Of a DNA stretch of 64,000 nt, positions 27,236 through 41,000 are shown in pieces. The notes beneath the pieces were generated by a model. That model was not told the DNA's origin, searched no databases, and saw only the letters and a program-made list of their open reading frames with translations. Both the position numbers and the translations under genes were made by a program. Origin of the DNA: Paragordius varius (Eukaryota; Animalia; Nematomorpha); NCBI GenBank assembly GCA_964247055.1, contig OZ176054.1, positions 3,906,001 to 3,970,000 of the forward strand, in the 5' to 3' direction. Within the stretch, counting starts at the first letter, position 1; every line of letters begins with the position of its first letter.

Positions 27236-27963
27236 ATGATATATTTCATATTAAAATTGAGTTATATTAGTTCGAAAACACATAATTTATTTTTAGGGTG
27301 AATTTAATTGTTCAAGGGTAAATTAGAACTGTAAATGGTTTATATTATCAACCATAGTTTTTTATTGGGGTCCTTATTTTGGGAGATTAAAATAAGAATG
27401 AATGTTTTTTACCCGAATCAACCTGGGGTAAATGTCATAAATAAATAAAATAAACAAAATGTGCTGAACATCTGAATTGGTGTAAACAACCAATGTAACT
27501 TCAAAAATTGTTAAAGTTATTAAAAGGCGTTTTTAGTTGTTGCACCTATTAAAATGATACAAAACTTGATTAAAATTATAAAGAAATGATAGCGCTATCT
27601 AATACATTTTTCACCTTCAAAATAATGTGTTTAAACAAATGCATTGAGTAAAATTAAACGAAAATGAAAAAAACTGTTACACATACATATAGCTTAAACT
27701 AATAAAAATTTTAAAGTTGTTTGTCACATTTCCAGATAAAATAATTAAAAAGAAATGCAGTAATATTGGCAAATGACCAAATCACAAAAGGGTCTGATGG
27801 ACAATTTAGATCGAACAATAAAATTTGTGTATGATTGAGCCTAAAAAATTAGGAATTACAATGAAGACTGGAATGTTATAATTTATTTAAATTTTTTAAA
27901 ATAACCGGATATACATTTAACATAAATAAATAGTGAAAGGTGAATACAAATCGATAACCCATA

Positions 27964-30900
27964 TTAAAATATTAGAGTGTGCGGTAACAATATATTATTA
28001 TTTACACGTTCTTTACTATTGTTATCAAATGTAAGCTCTAAATAAATGTTATAAAAATTGGTATTTTTGGTGAGAGTTGAATTGTTTTTGAAATTTATGG
28101 AATGTTCCAAACTTTGATCAGGATGAACAAATGCAATGTACATTGTGAGTGATTTGGTTATAGGTGCTATTGGATTGAAGCCAGGTAATGATAACGTTTT
28201 TGGATGTATTTTAACTAAAACATCCTATAAAATATATATAAAAATATTTAATATATACCTTAATTTGAATTGTTAACCCTCTAATTATGAACTACAAGGA
28301 AGTCCACTGTGAAATTCAAATAAATTAAAAAACATTATCGGAGTAAAATAAAAATAGTTTTATATGTAATGGAAATACTTCAACAGGTTGGGCCCTAAAA
28401 TTTTGAGCATTACAATCGATATTCAATGTTAAACTTTGCTTGTTGGTATTAATGATGGATAAGAGGAAATAGTGAAATTCGAGGGTAGAACCATTATATT
28501 CAATATTGCACTCTTTTTTAAATTTGCAAAGTATAATTTTGACGTTTTCTTTGTCAAAGATGCTTAACTGATCAAATTTGTCTGCCAATAAACAAAATAA
28601 ATTCTTTACAAATATAATAATTGCGATCCATTGGGATTATTGAAAAAAAAAGTTTTCACTCAACTAATAATAATTTGTTATGGATACTAAATTAATCAAA
28701 CCATTTATAATTCACATGATAAAAATATAAACAAAAGTATCACAGCGGTGATTGTGGTACTTTTCTTTAAAAGGTATAAAATCGATTGTAAGTAAATTAT
28801 ATCGTATTAAAAATATATCCTAATTGATGACGATCAATTTTATGAATTAACAGTTATGATCAAAATATATCTATGCACCTAAAAATTTAATAAGCAGTTT
28901 ATTAAACTTACCATCAATCTCATACTGAGAAGGGTCTATCTCATGTTCAATAAACGAATCAAGTGCGTTTTCCAACATATAATTTGACTTTCGATCACTA
29001 TTTATGGACTTATTTTTTGGTGGATTACTATCAGACAAATATAAAATTTCCTCATTAATTTTTTTTTCCGGAGTGTCCAAATTGATTTCATCGAAAATAT
29101 TTACTTGCGTTGAGATGGTTTCTAATAAAATTAAAAACACTTTAAGTAATCAATAAAATAGTTTAAAAATCCAAGATAAAATCAAAATTTATATTTCAAA
29201 AAATAGCTTAAAATGGCAATTATGGTCAATAGAATTCTTTTAAAGTAAGTTTATTAATTAGATAAAACTATTACTACTAATTAATATAATCCAAAAATTA
29301 CTTTTAGAATCCAAAATTTTTTGGCCATCTGAAAAATCGTGAATATCGTTGTCCAGTGACATTTGTTTCATCTCATTTGCAATTTTAAGGGGGGAATTAT
29401 CTATGCTTATCAAAGGGTCGGAAGTGGCTTCATTGACAAAATCTACGATACATATGTAAAAAATAAAATTAGGTTTTTTTCAACAAAAACCAAAGCACGA
29501 TTAATTTTAAATATTAGGTGGGACCATTATAAAAACCCAATTCCCTCCATATTTCTTAATGAAAAAAAAACTCATAAAAATGGGCGTATGACTAAGTCAA
29601 TCCTATAGAATTAATTAACTGTCATATATGATAAATGGTGCAAATTAAAGAGCAATTTAAATAATTAAAATAAGTTAAAACAAATTATTTTAGCATTTTT
29701 CCATTTAATGATTATATTTTCGTCAACAATTATATTATTTGCTGAAGCTTTGATTTGTTATCTAAAAAGGCAACAGAATGAATGAGTAATTTATTGAAAG
29801 CTTTCGATGTTAGCAAACTTCTCTTGCGAAATTCAAACTTTTTATTAGAAAATAAGGATATGAGTGGGTTAGTGAAAATAATGTGAATTTTAAAAGCTAT
29901 AACTGGATTAATATGTATGCCAAATGCAAAATTCGCTCGATACACCGCGTATTCAAACTAACACAATATATGAAAAAGGAAAGTTACTTTTTTGAGACGC
30001 CTAAAAATGGCTCATCGGACGGCAAAGAGTGTTGTTGAGCTTGGTTTAAAGATTGCTCTTTTAATTAACCCTAACTCCATCAAATGGTTTTTTTAATAAT
30101 TATACCCTTTTGACCTGAGCTATTTAAATATGAGAATAACTGACATTATATTTCCAAAATTATAATGGTCAATTAGGGAAAATTTAAAACATCAGAAACT
30201 AGCCGAGTAGGCTTCTGTTTATATCGATTGAAAAAAATGTTAAGTAGCGAAATAATATTTGTTTTAATAAAAACTAGCGTAAATCTCGTGCTGCTACGCA
30301 GCCCGAGCAAGTCCTTCTGATTTCTGGGGAAAGGGGGGGTTGCTATTTGAAAAAAGGGATAATAAAATGATCCGTATATGTGGAATATTTCGAAACCTTA
30401 TTTAATAGCTATGATCTTATAGGATTTTTAAAACAGTGCATTCATACTAATATATTGTTTACTGGTGTAAAGGCCCCAAATTGACGGCTAACGGAAAAAA
30501 CCGCTATACTATAATTTTTACCTTTTTATGGGTAATATTTAAAGCATTTATTGAACTCGTATGGCTTCTTAAGTTTTTTGAAAATTAGCTCAACGCCATT
30601 TTTGTATGGCGTATCAGTTTTAAAACCGAGGCCTATATGGTAAAAGCGCTAAGTTAAATTTTTTGCCCTTATAGGGAAAATATTTGGAATTATCTTTGAG
30701 ACCATCGTCTCATGGGTTATTCGAAAAAATGAACTCAACACTAAATAATCGTTATATGATGGCGTATTTTTAGGGCATAAAGGCCCCAAATCGGCTAATG
30801 AAAAAGGGCTGACCTTAATTTAAACCTAGTTACGGGTAGTATTTCGAACTTTAAATGAGCTCATATGGCATAAAAATTAGTTCCAAAACAACGCAATTTC

Positions 30901-33900
30901 TATATAGTGGCACAGTTTTTGGAGGGTAGCTTCTTACCCAGAGGCAGGTATAAAAAAGCGTCGGGCAAAATTTTTGTCTTTATGTGGGGAATATCTGGAA
31001 TTATAATGTCCAGATGTTCCTATAAGTTCTTGGAAATATTGCTTCAAAACCAAAAAATTGTTCTATGGCGGTGATTTCAGGGCATAAACTTTTCTTAGCG
31101 AGTCAAAATAACCTCCTATACTAAAATATTTGTTTTTTAAGAGGTAATAAATATTTTAGGCCCTTATTGAACTCACATAGTTTCATAAGTTTTCTGAAAT
31201 TTGGCTCCAAAGGCATGTTGTATCGATATAGTGACGCATTTTTACGCGGGTAGCCCCCTACCCAGAGGCCAATATAAAAATGTAGTTAGATAAAATTTTG
31301 CCTTTATACCTGGAATCACCATTCAGTCCAAATGCTCTTAATAGTTTATGGAAGAATGGCTTCAAAACTAAATAATAGTTCAACGATAGCGCATTTAGGG
31401 CGTAAAGGGCCTAATTAACGGCTAATTTAAAAAAACCGCTCGACTTAAATTTTTGCCTTTTACGGGTTACATTTCAGGCCCTTATAAAAAATTATATGGC
31501 CTGATAGGTTTTCTGAAAATTGACTCCTAAACAACGCAATTTTATATGGTGGCGCAGTTTTAGATGGAGAGTTCCCTACCCAGAGACTGATACAAAAAAG
31601 CGCTTAATTAAAATTTTTGCCTTTTTACGGAAAATACCTGGAATCATAATTGATTCATGCTTTCATCTCAGAAAAATTGCCCTAAAATTAAAAAATTATT
31701 CTATAAGCGCATTTTTCAGGGCGTGAAGGGCCTAATTAACGGCTAATTTTAAAAAAACGCACAATCTAAATTTTTGCATTCACACGGGTAATATTTTAAG
31801 CAGTTATTGAACTCATATGGCCTGAGAGGTTTTTTGAAATTTAGCCCCAAAAGCACGCTATTTCGATATGAAGGGTCAGTTTTTAGCGGGTATCTACTTA
31901 CCCAGAAGCTATCATCAAAGAAACGCTTGACTAAAATTTTTGCCTTTTAACAGAAAGTACCTGGAATCCTTATTGAATTTTTACGGTCTCATACTTTGGG
32001 CGAAAAATAGTTTCAAAAAATTATTTTTGCGGACCTAATTTTTTTGAAAAAATGGCATTTTACGGGAGGGGCGGGTAGGGCCTTAATTAAAAAAGCGAGC
32101 CGGCTATGTTCGGCGCAACAGAAAATCATATTTGAAATCGAATGGTCCAACACGTTGGGAATATTGTCTCAAAACGATTTTTGTGTACTTGTGTGTTCAA
32201 AAAAACCCGTTTTTAACACGGGGTGGGTCTGGGGGCCTTATTCAAAAAAGGGCGAAGCTATTGTCGGGGATTTATAAAAATCATATTTTTTCGATATTTG
32301 GACTTAATGGGTCTACCGGTATTTCGACAAATCACAAAGCCACCACTTTCCATTTTTATAAATATATAGATGATAAATATTATACATAATATAGGAGTGC
32401 AAAATATGGTATTATGTATTAGATTATAGAATATATGGGCAGAAACACATTATCAAATAATTTAGTAATATATTGGTCTTATATCAAATATTTAAAACTT
32501 TCATAAGTTATAAATAAAAACCTTCTTTTCTGTCAAAATCCAATAATTGAGCGTCATCGTCCGAAAAAAAGGATTCATTGCTTTTTGCAAAACTCTTTTC
32601 ACTAGAAGACATGGCCTTTTGAAGATTTAATGGTAGGCTTGTTTCGGATTTAGAGACCGAATTGAAATTTTCAGTGTTATCCAACACAATATTTGAGGGT
32701 AAAATAAAATTTGGATTATTTTTGATTTGGGATGCGTTATTATTCTTCACGGATGCATTATTGGTAATTCTATTTGAATGGCTTTCTTTTCCATTTTTAA
32801 GACTTGTTTTGCGCTGATAGCTTTGGAAAAAATGATCATACTCTTCAATGCATTTGGTTAAACACTCATAGGTGCTTATAATATCCCCTAAACATATTTT
32901 AATTAAATATTATTCTTAAATACTACACATGTAATTAATTACATTTTACATAAAGTCCAAAATAAATAGTTAATTTAAATTTTTACGTAACATACCCAAT
33001 ATGTCTTCGATGTCAGTCGATGAATTATCATTAATCATTGAGGTGAGGGTAGATTTTTTGCTGATACATGTTTCATATATTTCCTAATATATATAATATA
33101 TCAACTTTGATTAAATTTAAATCTTCAGGGTTATTGGATGTCGCAATGTCAAAATTGAATATCATTTCATTCAAGAGTGCTATATTGCTATTTATGTATT
33201 CCAATTCCGCTTTTTGTGCTAACTTTCGGTGCTTTTTCAATTCATCCTATAACATTGAATCATTGAAAATACAAAGTTAGTTTTATTAAAAATTGAAATT
33301 ATAAGGACAAAACGTAAAACTAAAAGGAATATTTTTATATGCAAACTATATTATAAAATTTCGATTTAATTTAATAAAAAAATCAAAATTCGAAAAGTAT
33401 GGATTCTTTAATATTTGTCATTATAATTTTAATTTAATTTTATTTATAAATTTAAATACTAATCCCGTATTTTTATAAAAAATATAATTAAAAAAACTTC
33501 TTTCAGGAGGGATTTAATCATAAGATTGGCGTGACGAACATCTTCTGGGTTAGAACTTTGAAGCAATCCAGTTAACTTCTAATATTGTAGTTTTAACATG
33601 GAGTATTAATTTTTCTCTTGAATTTTTTTAGAGATTAATTTGATATGGAAGTTAGATATATATTCATTTAAATTGTAAAATATTTACTTTATAATTATAT
33701 GGACAAAATCAGATATGTTGTTAGTAAATTATTTTTAAAATAACATTATGGAAAAAATATAGAGGTTTAAAAATTAAGGTTCCATAAAAATTATTGAATT
33801 TTTTTTGGGTACCAATTTGGGGAAGAAAAACAAATTTTTTCAAAAAAATCCAAAGTGGTAGTTCTAAAAATATTATATTCGTTGTTAAATGATACTAATA

Positions 33901-34528
33901 GGTTTAAAAAACCATACTTTGGAGGTATAAGTATCAACGTTCAAAGAACTTTGTGAATCATAGGTTGTTGTTTTTTCTTCGTATAAATTCTAAAATAAAG
34001 ATACTTAAACCAAAAAAGATTGAGGTAAAAGGTTTTGAAGTTTTAACGTTTCAAACGCTTGACCAAATTTGCTATGTGGTTGCTTTTTGGACCAATCATA
34101 TAGCAATTTACAGACTTCAAATTTTACTTTTTCGCTTGTTTGATTTCCCATATACTACAGATATACTATTATGCAAACCTTTGGAAAAATAAGTTTTAGC
34201 AAATTATTTATAAATTTAAACATGCCAATTTCTTGTTGGAACACTGGACCACATTTTTCTGCGCACATACTTATTAACTAATATATATAATTTTAAACAA
34301 CCTTTAATGTCTGTAAAACTTCCCATTCGTTGGATGAAAATAATTTTTTAGTTATTAATACTACTGCAATTTTAGAACCATCGGTGTCAACCACCATATC
34401 GCAAAAGTCTTTTATAGCTTCGATATTTATAGCTGTATTATTAATGTCAGTCGCCCTAGCTAAACAATCTATATAAATTTACCCAATTTAGAATTCAATT
34501 GAAATTCAAACGGTACTGAGCCTGACAT
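27964..34528 (-). CDS. GGA: GGA clathrin adaptor (VHS-GAT-hinge-GAE), multi-exon; hinge exons only partly resolved
   Basis: VHS: KLARATD..FCDMV..EWEVLQTLK/LISMCAEKCGPVFQQEIGMFKFINNLLKLIFPK/YMG (34528-34011). GAT: KLTGLLQSSNPEDVRHANLMIKSLLKE (~33500-33578) and EDLNLIK/EIYETC. GAE: SIFDKENVKIILCKF (28325-28588 ORF) and KIHPKTLSLPGFNPIAP (~28200). The VHS/GAT exons are not in the ORF track. Confidence 0.9.
30274..32370 (-). mobile_element. Non-autonomous Helitron of the same family, 2.1 kb, with an internal tandem array, in a GGA intron
   Basis: Reverse complement begins A|TCTATATATTTATAAAAATGG at 32370 and ends with the same hairpin and CTAG|T at 30274. Segments 32040-32370 and 30274-30350 match 42137-42562. 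Confidence 0.88.
30460..32030. repeat. Diverged tandem array, about 10 monomers of ~155-165 bp organised as ~310-325-bp dimers
   Basis: Landmark AAATTTTTGCCTTT-like motif near 30514, 30657, 30810, 30968, 31123, 31293, 31448, 31610, 31768 and 31934. AAGGGCCTAATTAACGGCTAA-like motif roughly every second monomer (~30470, 30780, 31404, 31726). Confidence 0.75.
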
Positions 34529-34584
34529 TTGTATAATTTTATTCATTCACATTTACACATTTTATTCATTCTATCCACACTATT

Positions 34585-34924
34585 ATGACGCTAGCCGAAG
34601 CTCAAAAAAGGGATTATGAATCAAAAGATCAATATTTATCTAAATTAGGAATTAAAACGGCACCATACGATGCAAGATTTCCAAATCAAAATCAAACTTA
34701 GTTTATTTAGTTTTCTAATTAATTAGTAATTGTTGGCAAAATTATGTCGACTATCATCGCTGCATAAACAAAAAGGGAGAAGATTTTGAATTGTGTCAAT
34801 ATTTTAAAATGATATACGTTAAATTGTGTCCGAGTACATGGGTTAAATTTTATTAATAACGATATAGATTGATAGATATGATAGTTTGATCGAAGATGGC
34901 CTATTTCCCGTAAAATTTAATTAA
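34585..34924 (+). CDS. COX6B: Cytochrome c oxidase subunit 6B, 3 exons (34585-34700, 34727-34841, 34868-34924)
   Basis: Two 26-nt GT-AG introns (34701-34726, 34842-34867). Spliced protein ...KTAPYDARFPNQNQTYNCWQNYVDYHRCINKKGEDFELCQYFKMIYVKLCPSTWIDRYDSLIEDGLFPVKFN* contains the TAPxDxRFPNQNQT.NCWQNY signature and the four Cys. Confidence 0.96.
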
Positions 34925-35051
34925 AAAGCATTTGCGTTAGGTTTGCTTACATATATTTTCAATAAATGATTGTATTATTTATTTATGATATTTATACGAT
35001 ACAATTAACAATTAGACTAGTAATTATTATACAAAAAAATTGTTGTAAATA

Positions 35052-38000
35052 TTAATTTTCATCCATTTCTGTTATCGTTTCATGTCGGTTGACAAAAGTA
35101 TTGCGCGTGTGTCGTCTATTTGTCGTCCTAGAGGTGTTTCTGGTTCTTCGACCTAAAATTAAAACAATGCAGTAAAGAATCTAAAAAATTATAATAAAGA
35201 TGCAAAAAATAAATTATTTTTGGTTCAATTATTGATGAATACACGATAGGCTAATTATCTATACATAGTCATTTTCAAAAAAAGATATTTGATTCCAACC
35301 CGTTAAAACTTCAAATATGTAGGATCCGACTTCATTTCATACGAATACTTAATAAACGACAAAATAAAAAAGTGATGTTATAATTATATTTCAACTATTT
35401 TAATTCTCAGTTCATAGCAGAGATCGGTTGAAGTTTTTGCCAAAATATTGTCTATGGTTATATCATTATCTATTTGTTGAATAAAATGGTGTTAATAAAG
35501 CATCGACAATAAATACTCTTATAAATCAAATGAAATGTTAATAATAGGTAACATAATTAATTACAACTAAGGTTTTGAGAAATACATGCATTAGTAATTA
35601 CAAAAAATATTGCTTTTTTAAGAACATTATCAAAAACAGTTTTTGTTTTTTTTTGTTTTAAAGCAGTTTTCTAAAGAACTAGTGGTTTCGGTTTTACAAA
35701 AACTGTTCAAATTTTTGCTTTTTATCAATCGGAACCAGAAACGTTTTTATGAAACCAGACATATTAGCGTATTGGGACGAAAATGCCTCCGAAACTGTAT
35801 AGAGAAGATGAACCGCGGTACCAAAATATATGATGCTTTATATTTTTAAATTATAAAAAAGTAAAATATGATAAACAAATAAATTTTGACAAAGCGTATT
35901 TTATGGTATTTCGAATCATAGTGAAAACATATTAAAATCGCCTTATATGATGTTATAAAAACATTTTGAATTATTCGTTGTTGCTAAAATTATTTAATCA
36001 TGTCAATATTTTTATAAGTGCATTTTGTAAAAAAACATATTATAAAAATATGGTTTCTAATGAAAAAAGAGCAGTCTATATTTTTGCATAATTTTACAAA
36101 TTAGATATAAATTTTTATTAAATCATATAATAACATAACCAAATTAATTAATATATTTAGCACAATAAAAATATTACAGTAACAATCAAGCCTCCCAAAA
36201 AAAATTTGGAAATATAAAATAAATAAAACAACCAATATTTAGTAAAAACCATAGACTATTAAGGTTAAAGATTGAATGTTTATACATTTAAACTATCATT
36301 TTCTTAATCGAAATAGTGACCATATTAGGAATACTTCCTACCAAATATAAACAATTAACCTATTTAACAACAGGTATTTGTTTAAATTATTTGACCAGAA
36401 CACATAAGTTTTTGGTGTTTTATTTAATTATGTATATATTCATATTGATATTAAATAAACTATATCCATCTAAATTTGGAAAAAAACGATTTAATATCAT
36501 TAATAAATAAGCGCTTTACATTTTATTTCATTTTTCATATCTATTTTTACTTATAAAACGCGCATTTAAAAGATCATTTTAAGAGTGAATCAATTTTTTT
36601 TGCAATGGATAAAACCATGATTCGTACTTCTTGAAGAGGAATTATTTGAATTGGAATGAGTAATGTTAAAAGAATTGGTTGGATTATGGTTATTATTTGT
36701 ATGTCTTAAACGACTAGAGCGTCTTCGTGGGGGAGATAATGTTGCCGTCAAAGTTATTGTATTAATGCCTCTTCTTTGAGTTGTGGATCCTGATTATTAT
36801 ATGAAAGCATTTTAGGATTGATAAAAGCCGAAATAAATAATGATATTTCAATTCAATATATAGGGTGTTGATATTTAAAATTGTAATTATAAGGACAAAA
36901 CATAAAAAGAAAAAAAATTGATACATTTCTATAAAGGAAATTATATTTATATTGATCCTTGATTTTTTCATTATTACCTATATGTAAAAAACTTCATATT
37001 ACAGATATAATTAGTGAAATAAGATAAAGTGTGTTACTAATTTACATTTTAAAATCCTTAAATTTTACAAACTTAATGAAAACTGTAATATTCTATATAA
37101 AAGGTATTGATTTTTTCTTTTTATGTTTTGTCTTTATAATTAATTTTTTATTGAAACAAAAAAATTATCGTAAATGTGTTACTTCTTAGAGCGGATGGTA
37201 ATACAAAGTCTCCACTAGGTGAGGCAATAATTATTGTGGCGTTTGGCGTTCTTTGCTGACGACGTCTCCCTCTTCGATCTATAAAAAATATTCCATAAAA
37301 TATTATATATATAAAAAAAGATTTTATATTCCAATCATGGTTAAATAATTGAAGATTATATAATTATGATTCTGTTTATTGATAGAAATGATTGAGTTAT
37401 GCTCAGCATCATGAAGTTATTATTAAATATATGTAAAGCAAGTCGGAATCAACACTTTGATGAAACGTATTAAAACAGAACCACAACTAATATTCTTTGA
37501 TAAAGAAATCATTGAAAAACATTTAACCATTTTTTGTAGAAAATTCTGCGCCGGAACAAATAAAATAGGAGGAACACATGAAACCGCTCCTTTATTAAAA
37601 TAATAAGATTCTAAGCTTTATTATTAGGGGAAACCAGGTATGTGTATTGTGGTTGATCTATTAAATGTCATAATTCCTTTTTCGAGATAATCATTTTCAA
37701 TCCATATCACTATCGATATAAAGAAATTTCATGTCTTATAATGTTTTTTGTGTGTTTGTCAGGAGGACTAATTCACCAGTCAAAGACTGGATTTTGTTTG
37801 TTTTCCAAAATGTGCACACAAACACAATTGTTGTATAAAAAGGATTGTCTAAAAATAACCAGAAAACACATATCAGATTTCAAGGTCGTCCAGAACTACA
37901 AATATTAAAGATGATTAATAACGAATGTTGGAGATTCCCTTTAACAGCGCATAACGCTCGCAAATATAACCAATCATCAAATATTATTTAAAACCATTCC

Positions 38001-41000
38001 ATCATTATTACAACAAAATCGTGTTAAATATCGTATTTCCAAATCAAAAAGTAAAATTTTAAAAATCGAATGGACTAATAAGGTCTTTCTCAAACGCCGA
38101 ACTTATGGTAAAGATGAAAATAAACATAAGTTTGCATAATATAAAAATATGAATCAAATGGGTTTTTTCGGCAACATCTTAAGAAATAAACCTTTCGAAT
38201 CATTAAAACTTTGTAGGAATAGTAAATGGAAAAAGATTACAACCATAAGATACCTTGATCGAATACTTAAGCGCAATAATATGAATTTGCAATCAATGTT
38301 GGTTTGAAAGATTGAAACACATGGAAAACTCTCTTACAACCTTTTTAGGGTCTAAAACGACTATTAAACATCAATCAATGATAGAGGCTTTCGGCGAAAT
38401 GAGTATAAATTAAATTGAAATTATAAATTAATATATTGTAATTTTTTACATACATTTTGCTATAAATTCTTTCGTCAGTATAAATTTATATTTAGTTTTA
38501 ATAATCTAGCATATATTCACAATATGCTTTTTGTTGACACTCTTGTTTCTATAAAAAAATGAATGATTTAAAGTTTGCCGCCATACTTTCTTGTAGATTA
38601 TGAGTTGTAGTTTGATTTTGTGGAGGTGTAACAGTCCTGTTTGTTCTTTCGTTTTGTTCTGAGGTTTCATTTACTGGCGTTAATACAGTAGCTGAATATC
38701 TTCGTGTCCTCGATTTTTTTCCTGAATTTAATTTATACATTCGTTTTTATTAACATTATTTATATGTTTTATATAATAATATATTTTAATATAATTAGAC
38801 AACTTAATTAACAAGAGTTTAGGACAACAAAATAAATAGGAGATTCAAACCTTGTGAATTTTTGTTGTTTCTGTTTTCGTGTTCAGTAGTATCCTAAATA
38901 TATGTTACAGTGATTAAAATTATATTGCTAGTGTTTTCGCTAAATGTTGCTAAATAACTACATATACAGAAAAGAATACTATCATCTGATAGCATAAAAA
39001 TAACCAGGAGCCAATATAGTATTGCTCTTTGCTGTTCATAATATCTACCAATAATTAATATACTAGGCAATACAATTTTATTTTTACTGTTAATTATGGA
39101 AATGTGAAATAGAACACAAAACATACAACAAAACAAATATTTCATAATACCAAATCTATGGTGTTGTTTTTAGCCAACACACTATAATTTTCTCCTGTTA
39201 GCGTAGTGTTGTTTTCAGTATTAGTAGTTTTAATATACTTAGATGATGTACTCGGTTCATCATTATTTTCTGGTTGAAATATCTCATTCTCATGTCCCAT
39301 AGCTATGTCATTATCTCCAATTTTATCATTGTTTGCGACATTTTTTGAAATGGTGCTATTATTCGTATTAAAATTAGCGTTGGGGGGTTTTTCACCGTGT
39401 TGCACGGATATAGATGATGTGTTTTCCGTGCTTGGAATGGGTGTCGGTGTATGACTACAAGATGAGGACGGGACGCCCCCGGCTAAATTATATAGGGTTG
39501 AACTTTGGCTCGTGGTTGAAGTTAACATACTGGATGAACGCATAGAACAGGATGTGGTTGATTGAGCACTATTGCTATAATATTACCAGAAATATAGATC
39601 AATCAATCCATCAGTAGCAAAAAATATGATAAAATTTAAAAATGATACATATGCATATTAAATATCCTGATAAGTGTGAATGTTTATATTTTGATAAAAA
39701 GTATTTGATACAATCTTAAATTTTGGGTGTTAAAAATGATGTATTATATGCATATAATTATGAAATATTTTGTATAATTTAATTTTAATTACAAGAAAGG
39801 GCTTGCTGTATTAAAAACCAAAAAGATAACATCATAGTTTTTTATTTTTCTTAAAATTATGAATATTTATAGAAAGCCAAAATTAACACCCTAGATGTAT
39901 TAAGGGTTACAAATTATATATAAAAAGACACAATTATGTGTTGTTTACGAAAACAAGAGTATTCTTACGTTTTATGAGACGTTAAAATTTTATCGACATT
40001 TGTGCAATTCGATTTGATTTTGTTGGGTGATTCGTTTGAATTCGTGTGATTTCGCTTATCCATTTTGGTGTCCGTTTTATTTATGACGCTTAAATCATAA
40101 CTCCGTTGTTTTTGCAGGCCCGAAGATGATAGAGAGGAAAATGTATGCAAGTTTTTATTTTTTTCAGTACTGCCCTTCTTATTATTATTACAACAACGTT
40201 GTCGATTCTTTTTATTATAATTTGTGGAATGCTGAAAATTTATTGTGTCATCAATACGACCGTCATCTCCTTAATAGTAATATGGAAAAGAAGAAATTAT
40301 ACAAACAAAATGTAAAAAATTGAAGGCAAAATACTAAAACACAACTATACATTTAAATTTTGTTTTATTACGTATAACTCATTCTTTTAAATTGTAAAAT
40401 AGGGTATTGACTGTAAATTTTTAATATCCTAATTATGAATTTTAATCGTTGCTTATTTCACAATATAGTTGGTTGTTGGAACACAGTAGTGCATGGAAAA
40501 AACAGCAAAATGTTGAATAAACAATTATTTCTTTTCTTTTGTAGATATATCACTGTGTTGCAAATTGCCCTAATAATGCATCCTGTATATAAATTATCAT
40601 TGTAATTAGATTATTTATATGGGAGGAAATTAAGGTTCGTAAAAGTATGGTGGTCTTTATAGGTAAATCAATATAGTTGTCTTTTGTCCCTATAAAATTT
40701 TAATTTTTACTGCAATAAGATGGTAAGGATTTCATTTTAGAGGCATAATCTATCGGAGGCGCTGATTGAATCGAATCACGACTCCTGTATGAATGGTCAG
40801 ATTGATCTTCATCTGATGAAAACATACTTACCGTTTCATACGACGATGATGATGAACACTTTGATGAGCCTGGACACAAAAATTATATATAATTATAATG
40901 TAAACATATGGCTAGTTTTTTCATTAAATATTATGGCCAGATAATATATACAGCATAAGAGATTATTATTATTATTGGCTTATGGCACAGTTAAAAGCGA

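Noticed and set aside
34469-34482. 14-nt GGA intron using the proximal AG
   Set aside because: In frame, but the 23-nt version (34460-34482) fits the size class and VHS alignment better. Only junction reads could show minor use.
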